Below are positions 6,246 through 15,804 of a DNA stretch of 33,609 nt, one piece after another. The notes beneath the pieces are model-generated. The model was not told the DNA's origin. It made no database searches and was given only the letters and a program-made list of their open reading frames with translations. Source of the DNA: a virus. The position numbers and the translations under genes are program-made. The stretch covers positions 1 through 33,609 of IMG/VR virus record IMGVR_UViG_3300040801_002597. The stretch is one strand, 5' to 3'. The first letter of the stretch is position 1, and each line of letters begins with the position of its first letter.

Positions 6246-7752
6246 CATTGAAGATTTTCCCACTTTCTGCAAGCGCTTTTTAAAAATAAAAGACAAGCAG
6301 GGCCGTATCATACCTTTTCAGCTCAACCGAGCACAGCTACACGTCTATAGGCTTATAGAGGAACAAAAGCAAACCCTTGGCTTTATTCGTATGCTTATCA
6401 TCAAAGGCCGCCAGCAGGGCATTTCTACGATGATACAGGCTTATTTTTTCCATAGGATATTGCTCACAAAAGGCACAAGCGCTTTTATCTTAACAAACAT
6501 GGCAGAGGCCACCAGTAACTTATTTGATATGACTAAGCGCTATCATGATAACTTGCCAGAAGGATTTGCACCTAAGCCGCGTCAGAAAAGCCATAACCGG
6601 CTTGTCTATGGCCCACCTATTAACTCAGGTTATCGTGTCGGTACTGCCGGGAGTCCTGACGTTGGACGCTCTCAAACTGTCCAGTTTTTGCATTGCTCAG
6701 AGTATGCATTTTTTAAGAACATTCAAGAAATCAAGTCGGGCTTAATGCAAACGATTGTAGACGCGCCCGGTACTGCAATATTTAAAGAGTCTACGGCTAA
6801 CGGTGAAGAAAACTTTTTTTACCATGAAATAATGCAGTCAATGAACAATGACTCTTATTATAAAACTGTCTTTGTGCCGTGGTACTGGCAACATGAATAC
6901 ACGGCACCTGAGCCAGAAGGCTTTGAACTGACGGCCGAGGAAAAAGATTTAATAGCTTTGTATGGGCATGATGGGCTTACAGTTAATCATCTTGTCTGGC
7001 GGCGTCAGAAGTTAAAGAGCACGAGTAGCGATCCCCTACAAGCTATCAAGATATTTAATCAAGAATTTCCGTTTACGCTGGATGAAGCTTTTGTTAGCAG
7101 TAAAGAGGATATTTTTATCGATACTGATGTTGTTAAGCGTGCGCGTGAGACGGTTGTTGAGACCGAGGCGCCGCTGGTTATCGGTTTAGATCCGGCGCGA
7201 TATGGTGATGATAGAACGGCTATTTGTTACAGATACGGACGAAAGGTTGAAAAGGTGGACTATTTTTATCATTTAGATACAATGGAAATTGTCGGTAAAA
7301 TAGTTGATATCTTTAAAACAAAGCGGCCTATAAAAGTATTTATTGACGTAATAGGCATTGGCGCGGGAATTGTTGACAGGCTTAACGAGCTTGGTTATCA
7401 AGATAGCGTTGTTGCTGTTAACGTTGCGAGGCGCTCTAAGAATCCAGAGCGGTTTATAAACTTGCGTGCTGAATTATGGCAGGAACTTAAAGAGTTTCTA
7501 TTACAAGACTTGCCAGTTCAATTACCTGATTGTGCCGAGCTTCAAAAAGATATATGCTCAGTTAAATATCAGATAGTTGACTCTAACGGTAAGATGAAAA
7601 TTGAATCAAAGGACGACATTAAAAAACGATTGATTAAAAGTCCTGATGGTGCTGACGCTGTTTGCTTAACTTTTTATTATGGTCATAATCAGTCAAATAA
7701 TGATACACTGTACAAAAAGCCACCTAATAACTATAATTCGACGCTTTGCTAA
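6229..7752 (+). CDS. terL: Terminase large subunit
   Basis: ATPase motif IKGRQQGIST and RNase-H-like nuclease motif IGLDPARYGDDRTAI. Length is 507 aa and it lies upstream of the portal gene. Confidence 0.85.
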   Translation: MTLKSDIEDFPTFCKRFLKIKDKQGRIIPFQLNRAQLHVYRLIEEQKQTLGFIRMLIIKGRQQGISTMIQAYFFHRILLTKGTSAFILTNMAEATSNLFDMTKRYHDNLPEGFAPKPRQKSHNRLVYGPPINSGYRVGTAGSPDVGRSQTVQFLHCSEYAFFKNIQEIKSGLMQTIVDAPGTAIFKESTANGEENFFYHEIMQSMNNDSYYKTVFVPWYWQHEYTAPEPEGFELTAEEKDLIALYGHDGLTVNHLVWRRQKLKSTSSDPLQAIKIFNQEFPFTLDEAFVSSKEDIFIDTDVVKRARETVVETEAPLVIGLDPARYGDDRTAICYRYGRKVEKVDYFYHLDTMEIVGKIVDIFKTKRPIKVFIDVIGIGAGIVDRLNELGYQDSVVAVNVARRSKNPERFINLRAELWQELKEFLLQDLPVQLPDCAELQKDICSVKYQIVDSNGKMKIESKDDIKKRLIKSPDGADAVCLTFYYGHNQSNNDTLYKKPPNNYNSTLC

Positions 7753-7761
7753 GGGGAAGGC

Positions 7762-9771
7762 ATGAAACCACGTATCGACAAGAATTTAACTCAAAAGCTA
7801 AAAGAGCACGCGGAGTCGTGGCGCAATTATTTTAATACAAACATAACGCAGTACCATGACTTTTATGAGTTTGTGAAGGGCCGACAATGGTCTGACAAAG
7901 AGGAAGGATTGTTAAAAGAATATAACAAGGTGCCGCTTTGTGTGAATAAGCTTAATACTTTGGTTCGAACGTTAGTTGGCGAGCAGCGACAGAACACGCC
8001 TAACCTTCAAGTTATCCCGGATAAGCAGGCAAGCGAGCAAACGGCCGCGGTTAGAGAGGCATTAATCAAAACAATTGCTTTTCGCTCGACCAGCAAAGTG
8101 CATTATCAAACGGCATTCGCTCAGGCTCAAATTGGCGGCTTTTCTGCTTTGCGTTGTTATCATGACTATGAGAATAATCGTACATTTAACCAGCAAATAT
8201 TGATAGATAGTTTTAGAGATCCCACAAAATGTTATTGGGATTTATCGGCGACAGATCACAATAAAACAGATGGCTCTTTTTGCGGCTTTACGAACTTTAT
8301 GTCACGAAATGCGTTCCGGGCAAAGTATGGCGCTAAGATTGAAAAAAAAATAGGTGAGCAGGCAAGTGATGATTTAAGCTTCACATGGGCCAATGATAAG
8401 GGAATTGTCGTTAATAACGCTTTTGAAAAAGAGTACAAGACGACTACGCTTTATTTGCTAGAAAATGATATTGTCGCCGAAAAAGACGAAATAGAGATTA
8501 TAGACGGCGTTGCAATATATGACGGTATCCCGCTCGGTATTTTAGACGAGCGCGAGGCGCCTAAGTATATTATTCGCTGGTATAAGACAGCGGGCGATTA
8601 TGTCCTAGAGGAAAGTATTTTCCCATCCGAAATATTGCCGATTCCTTTTGTTGATTGCGATAGCTGGTATGACAGGCATGGCAAGCAAGTTTGCGTACCG
8701 TTTGTGGCTGACGTTAGGGATACGCAAAAGTATTTAAACTATCTAGCGACACAATCCGCTTACCTTTTAAAGACGTCGAGATATGACCAATTCTTAGTTT
8801 CAAAAGAGAATATACGCGGTGAAGATACGAAAGCGATTTGGACTAATCCGTCAGCGCAACAAGGTGGTTTATTTTTTGACAAAGACCGTGACGGTTTTAT
8901 ACCGCAACCGCTAAGGCCACCAGAATTACCAGCTAGTTTAACGCAGCAATATGACCGGGCTATGAGTGATTTATATACCGGCACTGGCATGTATGCATCT
9001 AGGCTTGGCGACCAAGGTAATGAGGTGTCAGGAAAAGCAATTGATAGCCGGACGCGTCAAGGCAGTTATTCAACCTATATTAATTTTGATAATTTAAACA
9101 GGGCTATTAATACAATAGGCGTTTTAGTGAATCAAATGATACCAAGTATTTATGACACCAATCGCAGCATAACACTAGACATGCCGGATACTGGCGAAAA
9201 GCTTGTTAATTTAAACGAGCCTATGGACGAGTATGGCGGCTTTATTGAAAACGATATGACCAAGGGCACCTATGAGGTTAAGCTTAAAGCAGGCCCAAGT
9301 TTTGAAGGTCAGCGTGAGATTATGTTTCAGAGCTTAAATCAAGTATTACAAGCTAACCCGGAAGTGTTTCAATTAATTGCTGATTTGTATGTTGAAAATT
9401 TACCGGCTGAAAATGCGATTGAACTTAGAAACAGATTAAGAACGATTGTGCCGCCTGATATTATAGAAGCGGGTAAAACTGGTCAACCTTTACCGAAAAA
9501 ACAGGAAGGACCAGATCCACAGCAAATAATGGCACAATTAAAGGCCCAAGAACTTGAGCTTAAAAAACAAGAATTAGAATTAAAAGCGCAAAAACAAAAC
9601 GCTGATATTCAAATGGAATTAGAGCAATTAGAAAAAGACCGCCTAGAGATAGCGGCTAAACTTGAAGAGCAAGAAATGAGATATACAGCAGAGACAGGAC
9701 GCACACAGGCTGATATAAGAATAGCCCACGCCGATAATCTAGCTAAAATTTTAACACATAAAATACAATAA
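7762..9771 (+). CDS. Portal protein (P22-like, C-terminal coiled-coil barrel)
   Basis: It is 669 aa and lies immediately after terL. The long C-terminal heptad-rich tail is QELELKKQELELKAQKQNADIQMELEQLEKDRLEIAAKLEEQ. Confidence 0.8.
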   Translation: MKPRIDKNLTQKLKEHAESWRNYFNTNITQYHDFYEFVKGRQWSDKEEGLLKEYNKVPLCVNKLNTLVRTLVGEQRQNTPNLQVIPDKQASEQTAAVREALIKTIAFRSTSKVHYQTAFAQAQIGGFSALRCYHDYENNRTFNQQILIDSFRDPTKCYWDLSATDHNKTDGSFCGFTNFMSRNAFRAKYGAKIEKKIGEQASDDLSFTWANDKGIVVNNAFEKEYKTTTLYLLENDIVAEKDEIEIIDGVAIYDGIPLGILDEREAPKYIIRWYKTAGDYVLEESIFPSEILPIPFVDCDSWYDRHGKQVCVPFVADVRDTQKYLNYLATQSAYLLKTSRYDQFLVSKENIRGEDTKAIWTNPSAQQGGLFFDKDRDGFIPQPLRPPELPASLTQQYDRAMSDLYTGTGMYASRLGDQGNEVSGKAIDSRTRQGSYSTYINFDNLNRAINTIGVLVNQMIPSIYDTNRSITLDMPDTGEKLVNLNEPMDEYGGFIENDMTKGTYEVKLKAGPSFEGQREIMFQSLNQVLQANPEVFQLIADLYVENLPAENAIELRNRLRTIVPPDIIEAGKTGQPLPKKQEGPDPQQIMAQLKAQELELKKQELELKAQKQNADIQMELEQLEKDRLEIAAKLEEQEMRYTAETGRTQADIRIAHADNLAKILTHKIQ

Positions 9772-9783
9772 AAAGGTGATTAT

Positions 9784-10641
9784 ATGAGTGAGCAAAATGT
9801 TGATAATTTATTGAAGGGTTATGATGCGCCAGCGCCAGAAGTTAAGGCACCGGAGCCGGAGGCACAACAGCCAGAGCCAGAACAGCAACCAGAGACGCAC
9901 CCAGAACCAGAGACAAAGCCAGAGGCACCGGAGACAGATGATAGCGACGCTGATTATGGCCTTGATTTAGATGGTGAAAGCGACAGCGAAAAAAAATACA
10001 CTGAAAGCGAGTTAAATGACCGCATTAACAAGGCTGTCAGGGAGCGTTTAGAGCGCGCTAATCGTAATAAAGCACCTAGTGAGCAAATAAGCGAACAGCA
10101 GGCAATGCAGGCTCACCAAGACGGTTTTGAGTTTGATAACAACTCAAGTGAGTCATGGGAAAAACAATTAGAGAATTTTGTTTGGAATACGGTAGAAAAG
10201 CGCTTTAGTGAAAAGCAGCAAGAACAGCAGCGCAATCAAGAGCAGGCCAGACAACAAGAATATGAGCAAAAGTTTTTAGACGGAATGTCTAAGATTAATT
10301 CTAAATACAATGATTTTGAGCAAGTTGTTGGCAATCAAAATATTACCGATCCGATGGTTTTAGGAACGCGGCATATGAGAGATCCGGCGGCTTTTTTGTA
10401 TGCTGCCAGTAAAAATCATAGTGATGAGTTAAAGCGTATTTCGAGCATTGACGATCCCTATCAGCAAATTGCAGCTATCGGCAATCTTGAGGCTAAAATG
10501 CGTTCACAGTCTAAAAAGTCAAAAGCACCACAACCATTGAGTCAAACACCGGAATCAGGCGCAAGTGTTGGCGATAGGTCCATTGACGCCATGATTAACG
10601 ACTATAGTAGACAAAAAGCCAAACGCCGTGGCATAATGTAG
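9784..10641 (+). CDS. Scaffolding protein
   Basis: It lies between the portal and coat genes. It has a PE-rich low-complexity N-terminus and is charged and Q/E-rich, consistent with a helical protein. Confidence 0.6.
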   Translation: MSEQNVDNLLKGYDAPAPEVKAPEPEAQQPEPEQQPETHPEPETKPEAPETDDSDADYGLDLDGESDSEKKYTESELNDRINKAVRERLERANRNKAPSEQISEQQAMQAHQDGFEFDNNSSESWEKQLENFVWNTVEKRFSEKQQEQQRNQEQARQQEYEQKFLDGMSKINSKYNDFEQVVGNQNITDPMVLGTRHMRDPAAFLYAASKNHSDELKRISSIDDPYQQIAAIGNLEAKMRSQSKKSKAPQPLSQTPESGASVGDRSIDAMINDYSRQKAKRRGIM

Positions 10642-10672
10642 GCGCATATCCAAATAACAATACCCACAGCAT

Positions 10673-10700
10673 AAGCCAGTTTCTAATACTGGCTTTTTTT
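10673..10700 (+). terminator. Intrinsic terminator after the scaffold gene
   Basis: AAGCCAGT pairs with ACTGGCTT across a 7-nt loop, followed by a T7 run. Confidence 0.7.
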
Positions 10701-10705
10701 ATAGT

Positions 10706-10733
10706 TTGCAATTTTGTTACAATATACTATAAT
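10706..10733 (+). promoter_or_regulatory. Strong sigma70-like promoter upstream of the coat gene
   Basis: TTGCAA (10706-10711), 16-nt spacer, TATAAT (10728-10733). It leaves a leader of about 150 nt before ATG 10887. Confidence 0.6.
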
Positions 10734-10886
10734 CAAATTATACAACTGGAGTAAAAGCGCTCCCCAGTGCGCAAAATTATACAATGACGAGTAAGGGAAC
10801 ACCGTCACCCGCCTAAAAAATCGCGTGTAATTCTTGTCTACCGCGTGACAAATTGGTTCAGGATTAACTAATTTGGAGACAGAAAA

Positions 10887-12128
10887 ATGTCTAATACTTT
10901 TCGTACTACCGCTTACGTCCTTGATGACGTATTGGTTCGCTTTGTTAACTATTTAAACTTTGCTAAAACAGCTAATCGTAACTTTGAAAGTGATTTCAAA
11001 AATCTAAAATATGCCACTGGTCAAACTATGGATTATCGCTTAGAAGAACGTTATCTTGGTGGTCGTGGTGCTACAGCGACAGCAGAGGCCAGAACTCAGA
11101 TAGTCAGACCGCTTACTATTGATACTCAGTTTCATACTATGGTTGAGTTTTCAGGATTTGAGCTAACTTTTGATAGAGCTATGGACCAACCTTATCTTGA
11201 TATGATGGTTGACCCACGAGTCAAAACGCTTGCCAACGATGTTGAAAAGTACATTGCTACTGAGAATTTTTATCTTAAAACATATCAAGCAACTGGTACT
11301 CCGGGTGCGGCACTTGATTTTGATACTATTTCAGACACAAGAGCTTACGCGGGCGAGCTTGCAATCCCTGACGATGGTCGTCGTTATTTAGCGCTGCCTT
11401 ATCGTGTCAGTTCACAGGTAACCCGTGACTTGCAAAATAGTTTCAACAACAAAGTTAACACCGGCGCTTTACTCGATGGCTTTATCGGCCATTTAGCTGG
11501 TTTTGACATGTTTGAAACTAACTTTTTACCACGCCATATTGCGGGCGCTGGTGAATCTGGTGGTGCGCCACCAACTGGTTTTAAACTTGGTGGTATTGTA
11601 ACTGGTGGCCCTGTTTCAAGTGGCTCAAGTTTGTCATTAACTAATCTGGTTGCGTCGTCTATTGTGTTTAGAAAAGGTGATATCATCGAGGTTGACGATG
11701 GCGACGGTGTGTTTATGGTTAACCCATTGACACAAGAGTCATTGCAGCAACGCGCACAGTTTGTTGTTACGGCTGACGTTCTTTCAGATGGTGCTGGTGC
11801 GGCAACTGTGCCAATTTCACCTGAAATCATTGTAAGCGGTGCACGTCAGAATGTATCAGCGCCTATCCCTAATGGTGCACAGATGCTTTTAAGAGACGAT
11901 CACAACGTTTCAATCATGTACCATTCAAACGCGCTAGTGTTTGCAGCACCACAGCTTAAAGAGCTAAAAGGCGGTGTTGAAGCTGTTACTCGATACAGTG
12001 ACCAATACAAAATGTCTATGACTATGAGCTTAGGTGCTGATATCAGAAATTATCAACAACTTGACAGAATTGACATGATTGGCGGGGTTGCGATTAACCC
12101 TGAGTTTGCTATCCGTGTTTGTTCTTAA
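10887..12128 (+). CDS. Major capsid (coat) protein, P22 gp5-like
   Basis: It is 413 aa and follows the scaffold gene. By-eye collinearity with the P22 coat protein, from memory: LANDVEKYIA vs LANNVELKVA, FRKGDIIEV vs MKRGDKISF, and C-terminal IGGVAINPEFAIRV vs LWYGVNATRPEAIGV. It is flanked by a promoter and a terminator. Confidence 0.8.
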   Translation: MSNTFRTTAYVLDDVLVRFVNYLNFAKTANRNFESDFKNLKYATGQTMDYRLEERYLGGRGATATAEARTQIVRPLTIDTQFHTMVEFSGFELTFDRAMDQPYLDMMVDPRVKTLANDVEKYIATENFYLKTYQATGTPGAALDFDTISDTRAYAGELAIPDDGRRYLALPYRVSSQVTRDLQNSFNNKVNTGALLDGFIGHLAGFDMFETNFLPRHIAGAGESGGAPPTGFKLGGIVTGGPVSSGSSLSLTNLVASSIVFRKGDIIEVDDGDGVFMVNPLTQESLQQRAQFVVTADVLSDGAGAATVPISPEIIVSGARQNVSAPIPNGAQMLLRDDHNVSIMYHSNALVFAAPQLKELKGGVEAVTRYSDQYKMSMTMSLGADIRNYQQLDRIDMIGGVAINPEFAIRVCS

Positions 12129-12132
12129 TATT

Positions 12133-12153
12133 AAGGGGCTTAGGCCCCTTTTT
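12133..12153 (+). terminator. Intrinsic terminator after the coat gene
   Basis: AAGGGGC pairs with GCCCCTT across a 4-nt loop, followed by a T run. Confidence 0.7.
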
Positions 12154-12161
12154 GTGAGGTT

Positions 12162-12329
12162 ATGATGATTGAATATCAAGGAAAAATGATTAAGCCCGAA
12201 CACTTTCGAGTTAATGTTTACGATAAAAAGGGCAATAAAAAGCTTTGCAATAGTTATAAAGAGTATAGTGAAGCGTTAGAAAATGGCTGGTTAGAAGTTA
12301 AGCCAAAGCCTAAAGAAAAAAAGGAATAA
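12162..12329 (+). CDS. Hypothetical small basic protein (55 aa; below ORF-track cutoff)
   Basis: Hand-translated: MMIEYQGKMIKPEHFRVNVYDKKGNKKLCNSYKEYSEALENGWLEVKPKPKEKKE. A TGAGG RBS is present. Confidence 0.5.
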   Translation: MMIEYQGKMIKPEHFRVNVYDKKGNKKLCNSYKEYSEALENGWLEVKPKPKEKKE

Positions 12330-12332
12330 GGC

Positions 12333-13061
12333 ATGGTACAGACTGTTCGTGAATTTGTAAAAGACGTTTATAAGTTGATAAGTGCGGATAACCCGACGGT
12401 GCCGTTACATGGAACTGATAATAATAACGAAAATCAGAACGTTGCAATAAGGATTTTGAATCAGCTTTTAAGTTATTACAATGCGAATGGTACTATGCTC
12501 ACCATAAACAAGGATGTTTCTTATTCTATTATTGCTGGCACTGAGCGCGTCAGTTTTGGCGCGCCATTGTCAGGTTTTGATGTTGAGGAAGGAATATTAT
12601 CTTATGTCAATAATGCGTGGCTTGAGCTTTCTGGTACGGCTTATCCTTTGACTGAGTTTCCACGTAATAAATTTAAACAGACTTATCGTTACGATCCGTT
12701 ATTAGGATTACCGCTTTATTATTTTTTAGAGCGTAGAACGGATAATACATCAATGCGATTGTATCCGGGAGCGTCTCAAGAATATACATTAAATGTTCAG
12801 GGTAAGTTTTCTGTTACTGAGCTTACGTCTAATGATGATATGTCTCAATTTCCATTGTATTATTCAGAATTTTTAAAATTAGCAACTGCAAAAAGGTTGA
12901 GTGTTTATAAGGCGCGTTCTGAGGCTTGGACGCCAATGTTAGAGAATATGTTAAAAGATGCTCACAGTGAAATGTTGGCGGCAACGCCTATGGATTTAAG
13001 CATTAACAGTAATTCAAATACGATGTTATGGGGCGCGTCACGCGTCAGGGCTGGTGTGTAA
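12333..13061 (+). CDS. Head-to-tail adaptor candidate (P22 gp4 position)
   Basis: Synteny is coat, then this gene, then the gp10-like gene. The N-terminal pattern VAIRILNQLLSYYNANG resembles gp4 DAVDDLEAMMAEWYQDG (from memory). The stop overlaps the next ATG (TAATG). Confidence 0.45.
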   Translation: MVQTVREFVKDVYKLISADNPTVPLHGTDNNNENQNVAIRILNQLLSYYNANGTMLTINKDVSYSIIAGTERVSFGAPLSGFDVEEGILSYVNNAWLELSGTAYPLTEFPRNKFKQTYRYDPLLGLPLYYFLERRTDNTSMRLYPGASQEYTLNVQGKFSVTELTSNDDMSQFPLYYSEFLKLATAKRLSVYKARSEAWTPMLENMLKDAHSEMLAATPMDLSINSNSNTMLWGASRVRAGV

Positions 13062-14860
13062 TGCCTATTAAAGAATTGCCAATTATCGTACATTATGGCA
13101 AGCAACGCTTTAATCAATTTAACTCGATGGATTCGGCTAATTTTAGTTTGGTTCAGGATAGCATGGGCAAAAAAAAAGTTGCTATGTATCCGACGATGGG
13201 CCGTCGGAATGTTGAAGTTGACAACAAAAAGTTATTAAATTTTGAAGCAGAGCCAAGGGCTATTTTTCGGTCAATTAATTTTGGTTATGCCGTTGTTCGG
13301 GATAAGATTTATAAATTTGGTGATAGTTTTACGCCGATTGACATATCCAATAGTGACTTTACTGGTTTTAACAAAACGGTTTGGTTTACTTATTTGCCAA
13401 CGCCTACGAAAGTTTATGCCATTTTTACTGATGGCAACAATATGTATATTTATGATGAAACGTCAGCGGGATTAATGGCAACGGTAACGGATTCTAGGGC
13501 GCCGTCTAATCCGACGTTTGTAGCGGCTTTTGGCAATCGTATTGTTTGCAGCAATGCCGATTCAACACAGTTTAATGTGACACGCTTAAACTTAGATAAT
13601 GCAGCGGCGGCGACTGCGGCGACTAATTGTTTTTCTTTTGGTACGCCCGCGGCGGCTATATTTGCTCAGGAGTCTGGAAAAATTCGACAAATGGCGGTGT
13701 TGCATAATCAGCTATATATATTTACTGATTTTGATGTTGGTATATGGTCTAACAGTCCGACGTCTTTAAGTTCTAGTAATACGGTGATTCCGTTTCCGTT
13801 TCGCAAAAATACAAGTTATAACTTTGATTTTGGTATTGCCGATCCAAACAGTTTAGATGTTGATTTTGGCATGATGGTATGGTTGGGCCAAAGTCGTAAT
13901 GGTTTAGTTGAATTTGTTATGAGCACAGGCGGGCGCCCTGAGTCTATACAGGATAAATCGATTGACGTGTTGCTTGAAAATAAGACTGCCGAGGGAAATC
14001 CGAGTCCATTTTTAACTGAACAGGTTAATGGATTTTTGTATCAATATGAAAACAGTGTTTTTTATCGTGCGAGTGCTGGTCGTTATAGTGGCACGGGTTA
14101 CGTTGATTGTGATACTGAAGCGGCAAGTATTGAGCATAATTTTGATACTAAGACGTGGACGCGTTGTATTGAGTTAAATGGCGAGCGGTGCCGGGTTGAA
14201 AAGCATATTTATTTAAACAATAAGCATTTAGTGACTGTGCAAAATGACACGAGTATTTATGAGTTTGATGGCCGGACGTATGTTAATTATAGGCGTAATA
14301 GTGATAATTCTGTTCCAATAACGTCGAATGATTTTTATGTTATCGATCCGATGCGTTATATAGCTATTACACCTTTGATTTTTGAGCCAGATTATAGTGA
14401 ATTTATAACAGACTGGGTTCAAATTGATTTTGTCTGGGGTCGAAGCGGTGTTGTTGAGGCCGATTTATTGTATGCCAATACAACATTTATTATTACAGAA
14501 GATGCTGATGGTGATGGCGAGCCTATATATGTTATTGCTGAGGATTCTGATAGTGATGGTAACCCGATTTATTTAATTACTGAGGATAGTGATACGCCGT
14601 CGGCTGGTGGTGACATACATTACCGCAATTATTTTAGGCCCCATGTTGAGCTTTATTATAGTGATGATGGTGGCGAGACATATTTACAGGCTGATGTCAG
14701 GCATTTTAGTGATATTGGTTTTTATAGGTGGCGTATGCGGTGGTATGAGTTAGGTAGTTCTCGCAATAGAGTTTATAAGCTTGTTTGTGTAAGTGTTGGC
14801 CCGATGGTTGTATTGGGTGGTATTATGTCGACCCGTCCGGCGTCCGGGGGTGCTAGGTGA
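13061..14860 (+). CDS. Tail hub / packaged-DNA stabilisation protein (P22 gp10-like)
   Basis: The N-terminus MPIKELPIIVHYGKQRF resembles P22 gp10 MPIQQLPMMKGMGKDF (from memory). Size and synteny fit. ATG 13061 is preferred over 13028. Confidence 0.55.
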   Translation: MPIKELPIIVHYGKQRFNQFNSMDSANFSLVQDSMGKKKVAMYPTMGRRNVEVDNKKLLNFEAEPRAIFRSINFGYAVVRDKIYKFGDSFTPIDISNSDFTGFNKTVWFTYLPTPTKVYAIFTDGNNMYIYDETSAGLMATVTDSRAPSNPTFVAAFGNRIVCSNADSTQFNVTRLNLDNAAAATAATNCFSFGTPAAAIFAQESGKIRQMAVLHNQLYIFTDFDVGIWSNSPTSLSSSNTVIPFPFRKNTSYNFDFGIADPNSLDVDFGMMVWLGQSRNGLVEFVMSTGGRPESIQDKSIDVLLENKTAEGNPSPFLTEQVNGFLYQYENSVFYRASAGRYSGTGYVDCDTEAASIEHNFDTKTWTRCIELNGERCRVEKHIYLNNKHLVTVQNDTSIYEFDGRTYVNYRRNSDNSVPITSNDFYVIDPMRYIAITPLIFEPDYSEFITDWVQIDFVWGRSGVVEADLLYANTTFIITEDADGDGEPIYVIAEDSDSDGNPIYLITEDSDTPSAGGDIHYRNYFRPHVELYYSDDGGETYLQADVRHFSDIGFYRWRMRWYELGSSRNRVYKLVCVSVGPMVVLGGIMSTRPASGGAR

Positions 14861-15201
14861 CTTTAAGAAATTTTCCGGCTATTGATACGCCGCCGTTAGA
14901 GGATATTGAGTTAAGTGCGCCTTTTGAGAATTGGCTTGGTGTATTGGCTGACACTATTAATGCTTTGCTTTATACTGGTAAATATGAATTTGCTGGTGGC
15001 AGTGCGGCTAGTATACCGGTAGAGGGTTTGACTAGTCAGATGATTTGTTTTGCACAAATTGAGAGTTCTGCAAATGCGGTATCGGTCCAGAAGGTGACGC
15101 CGGTTATTAATACGGCGCCGACGTTGAATACATTGGATGTTTTATTTAGTGGCGATCCGGGCGAGTCAGTTATAAATTATTTAATACTAAGGACGGTATA
15201 A
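14857..15201 (+). CDS. Virion-associated hypothetical protein (114 aa)
   Basis: The GTG start overlaps the upstream stop (GTGA) and a GGGGGTG RBS is present. It lies in the neck/tail module. Confidence 0.5.
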   Translation: MTLRNFPAIDTPPLEDIELSAPFENWLGVLADTINALLYTGKYEFAGGSAASIPVEGLTSQMICFAQIESSANAVSVQKVTPVINTAPTLNTLDVLFSGDPGESVINYLILRTV

Positions 15202-15203
15202 TT

Positions 15204-15791
15204 ATGAGTTGGTTGAGCGAATTATTACATGGCAATAAAGGTGCTTATAATCAGGCTATTGGCCAGTTAGAGGGTAGTCGCGGACGTGCTCAGGGTTATA
15301 TGCAACCATTTCTGGATAACTTATCTAATCCTAAAAAATTTATGGGTGAGTTAACTGAGGGTTATTCTGAGTCACCTTATGCTCAGCAATTGACCGATGT
15401 TGCCACAGAAGCAGGCAAGAGTGCTGCAAGTTCTATGGGGTTATCTGGTAGTAGTAATGCGGTTCAAAGCATTGAGCAGCAAGCCGGTTCGATTGCACAG
15501 CAGGACCGTCAACAGTATTTACAGAATTTAATGAACATGTATAACACGGGTGCGGGTGTCGCTGGTAATATGGCGGGCATTGAGGGGCAGTATAGTGGTC
15601 CATTGGCTGAGCTTTACGGTGGTAAAGCGTCTTCTGGTCCGAACATGTTAGCAACTTTGCTTGGTGGTGGCGCTGGTGCACTTGGCAGTTATTTTGGCGG
15701 TCAGGGCGGTCAGGGTGGTCAAGGCGGTCAAGGTGGTCAAGGCGGTGGTTTCATGTCAGCGATTACTAAAGTATTGCCGTTTCTTTTATAA
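15204..15791 (+). CDS. Internal virion / ejection-type protein with C-terminal (GGQ)5 repeat
   Basis: It occupies a position equivalent to P22 gp7/gp14. It is Gly/Ala/Ser/Gln-rich and ends ...GGQGGQGGQGGQGGQGGGFMSAITKVLPFLL. Confidence 0.4.
   Translation: MSWLSELLHGNKGAYNQAIGQLEGSRGRAQGYMQPFLDNLSNPKKFMGELTEGYSESPYAQQLTDVATEAGKSAASSMGLSGSSNAVQSIEQQAGSIAQQDRQQYLQNLMNMYNTGAGVAGNMAGIEGQYSGPLAELYGGKASSGPNMLATLLGGGAGALGSYFGGQGGQGGQGGQGGQGGGFMSAITKVLPFLL
15696..15749 (+). repeat. Tandem 9-bp repeat GGYGGTCAR x6
   Basis: Read directly. It encodes the GGQ repeats. Confidence 0.9.
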
Positions 15792-15804
15792 TTAGGGGGT
15801 TTTA

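Noticed and set aside
9826-9950. PE-rich repeat (APEPEAQQPEPEQQPETHPEPETKPEAPE) at the scaffold N-terminus as a special element
   Set aside because: This is a low-complexity acidic/proline spacer, which is common in scaffolding proteins. There is no evidence for a separate function.
11399-11830. 143-aa minus-strand ORF inside the coat gene
   Set aside because: It has the Pro/Ser/Thr-rich low-complexity translation typical of the antisense frame of a GC-richer gene. The coat protein frame is well supported.
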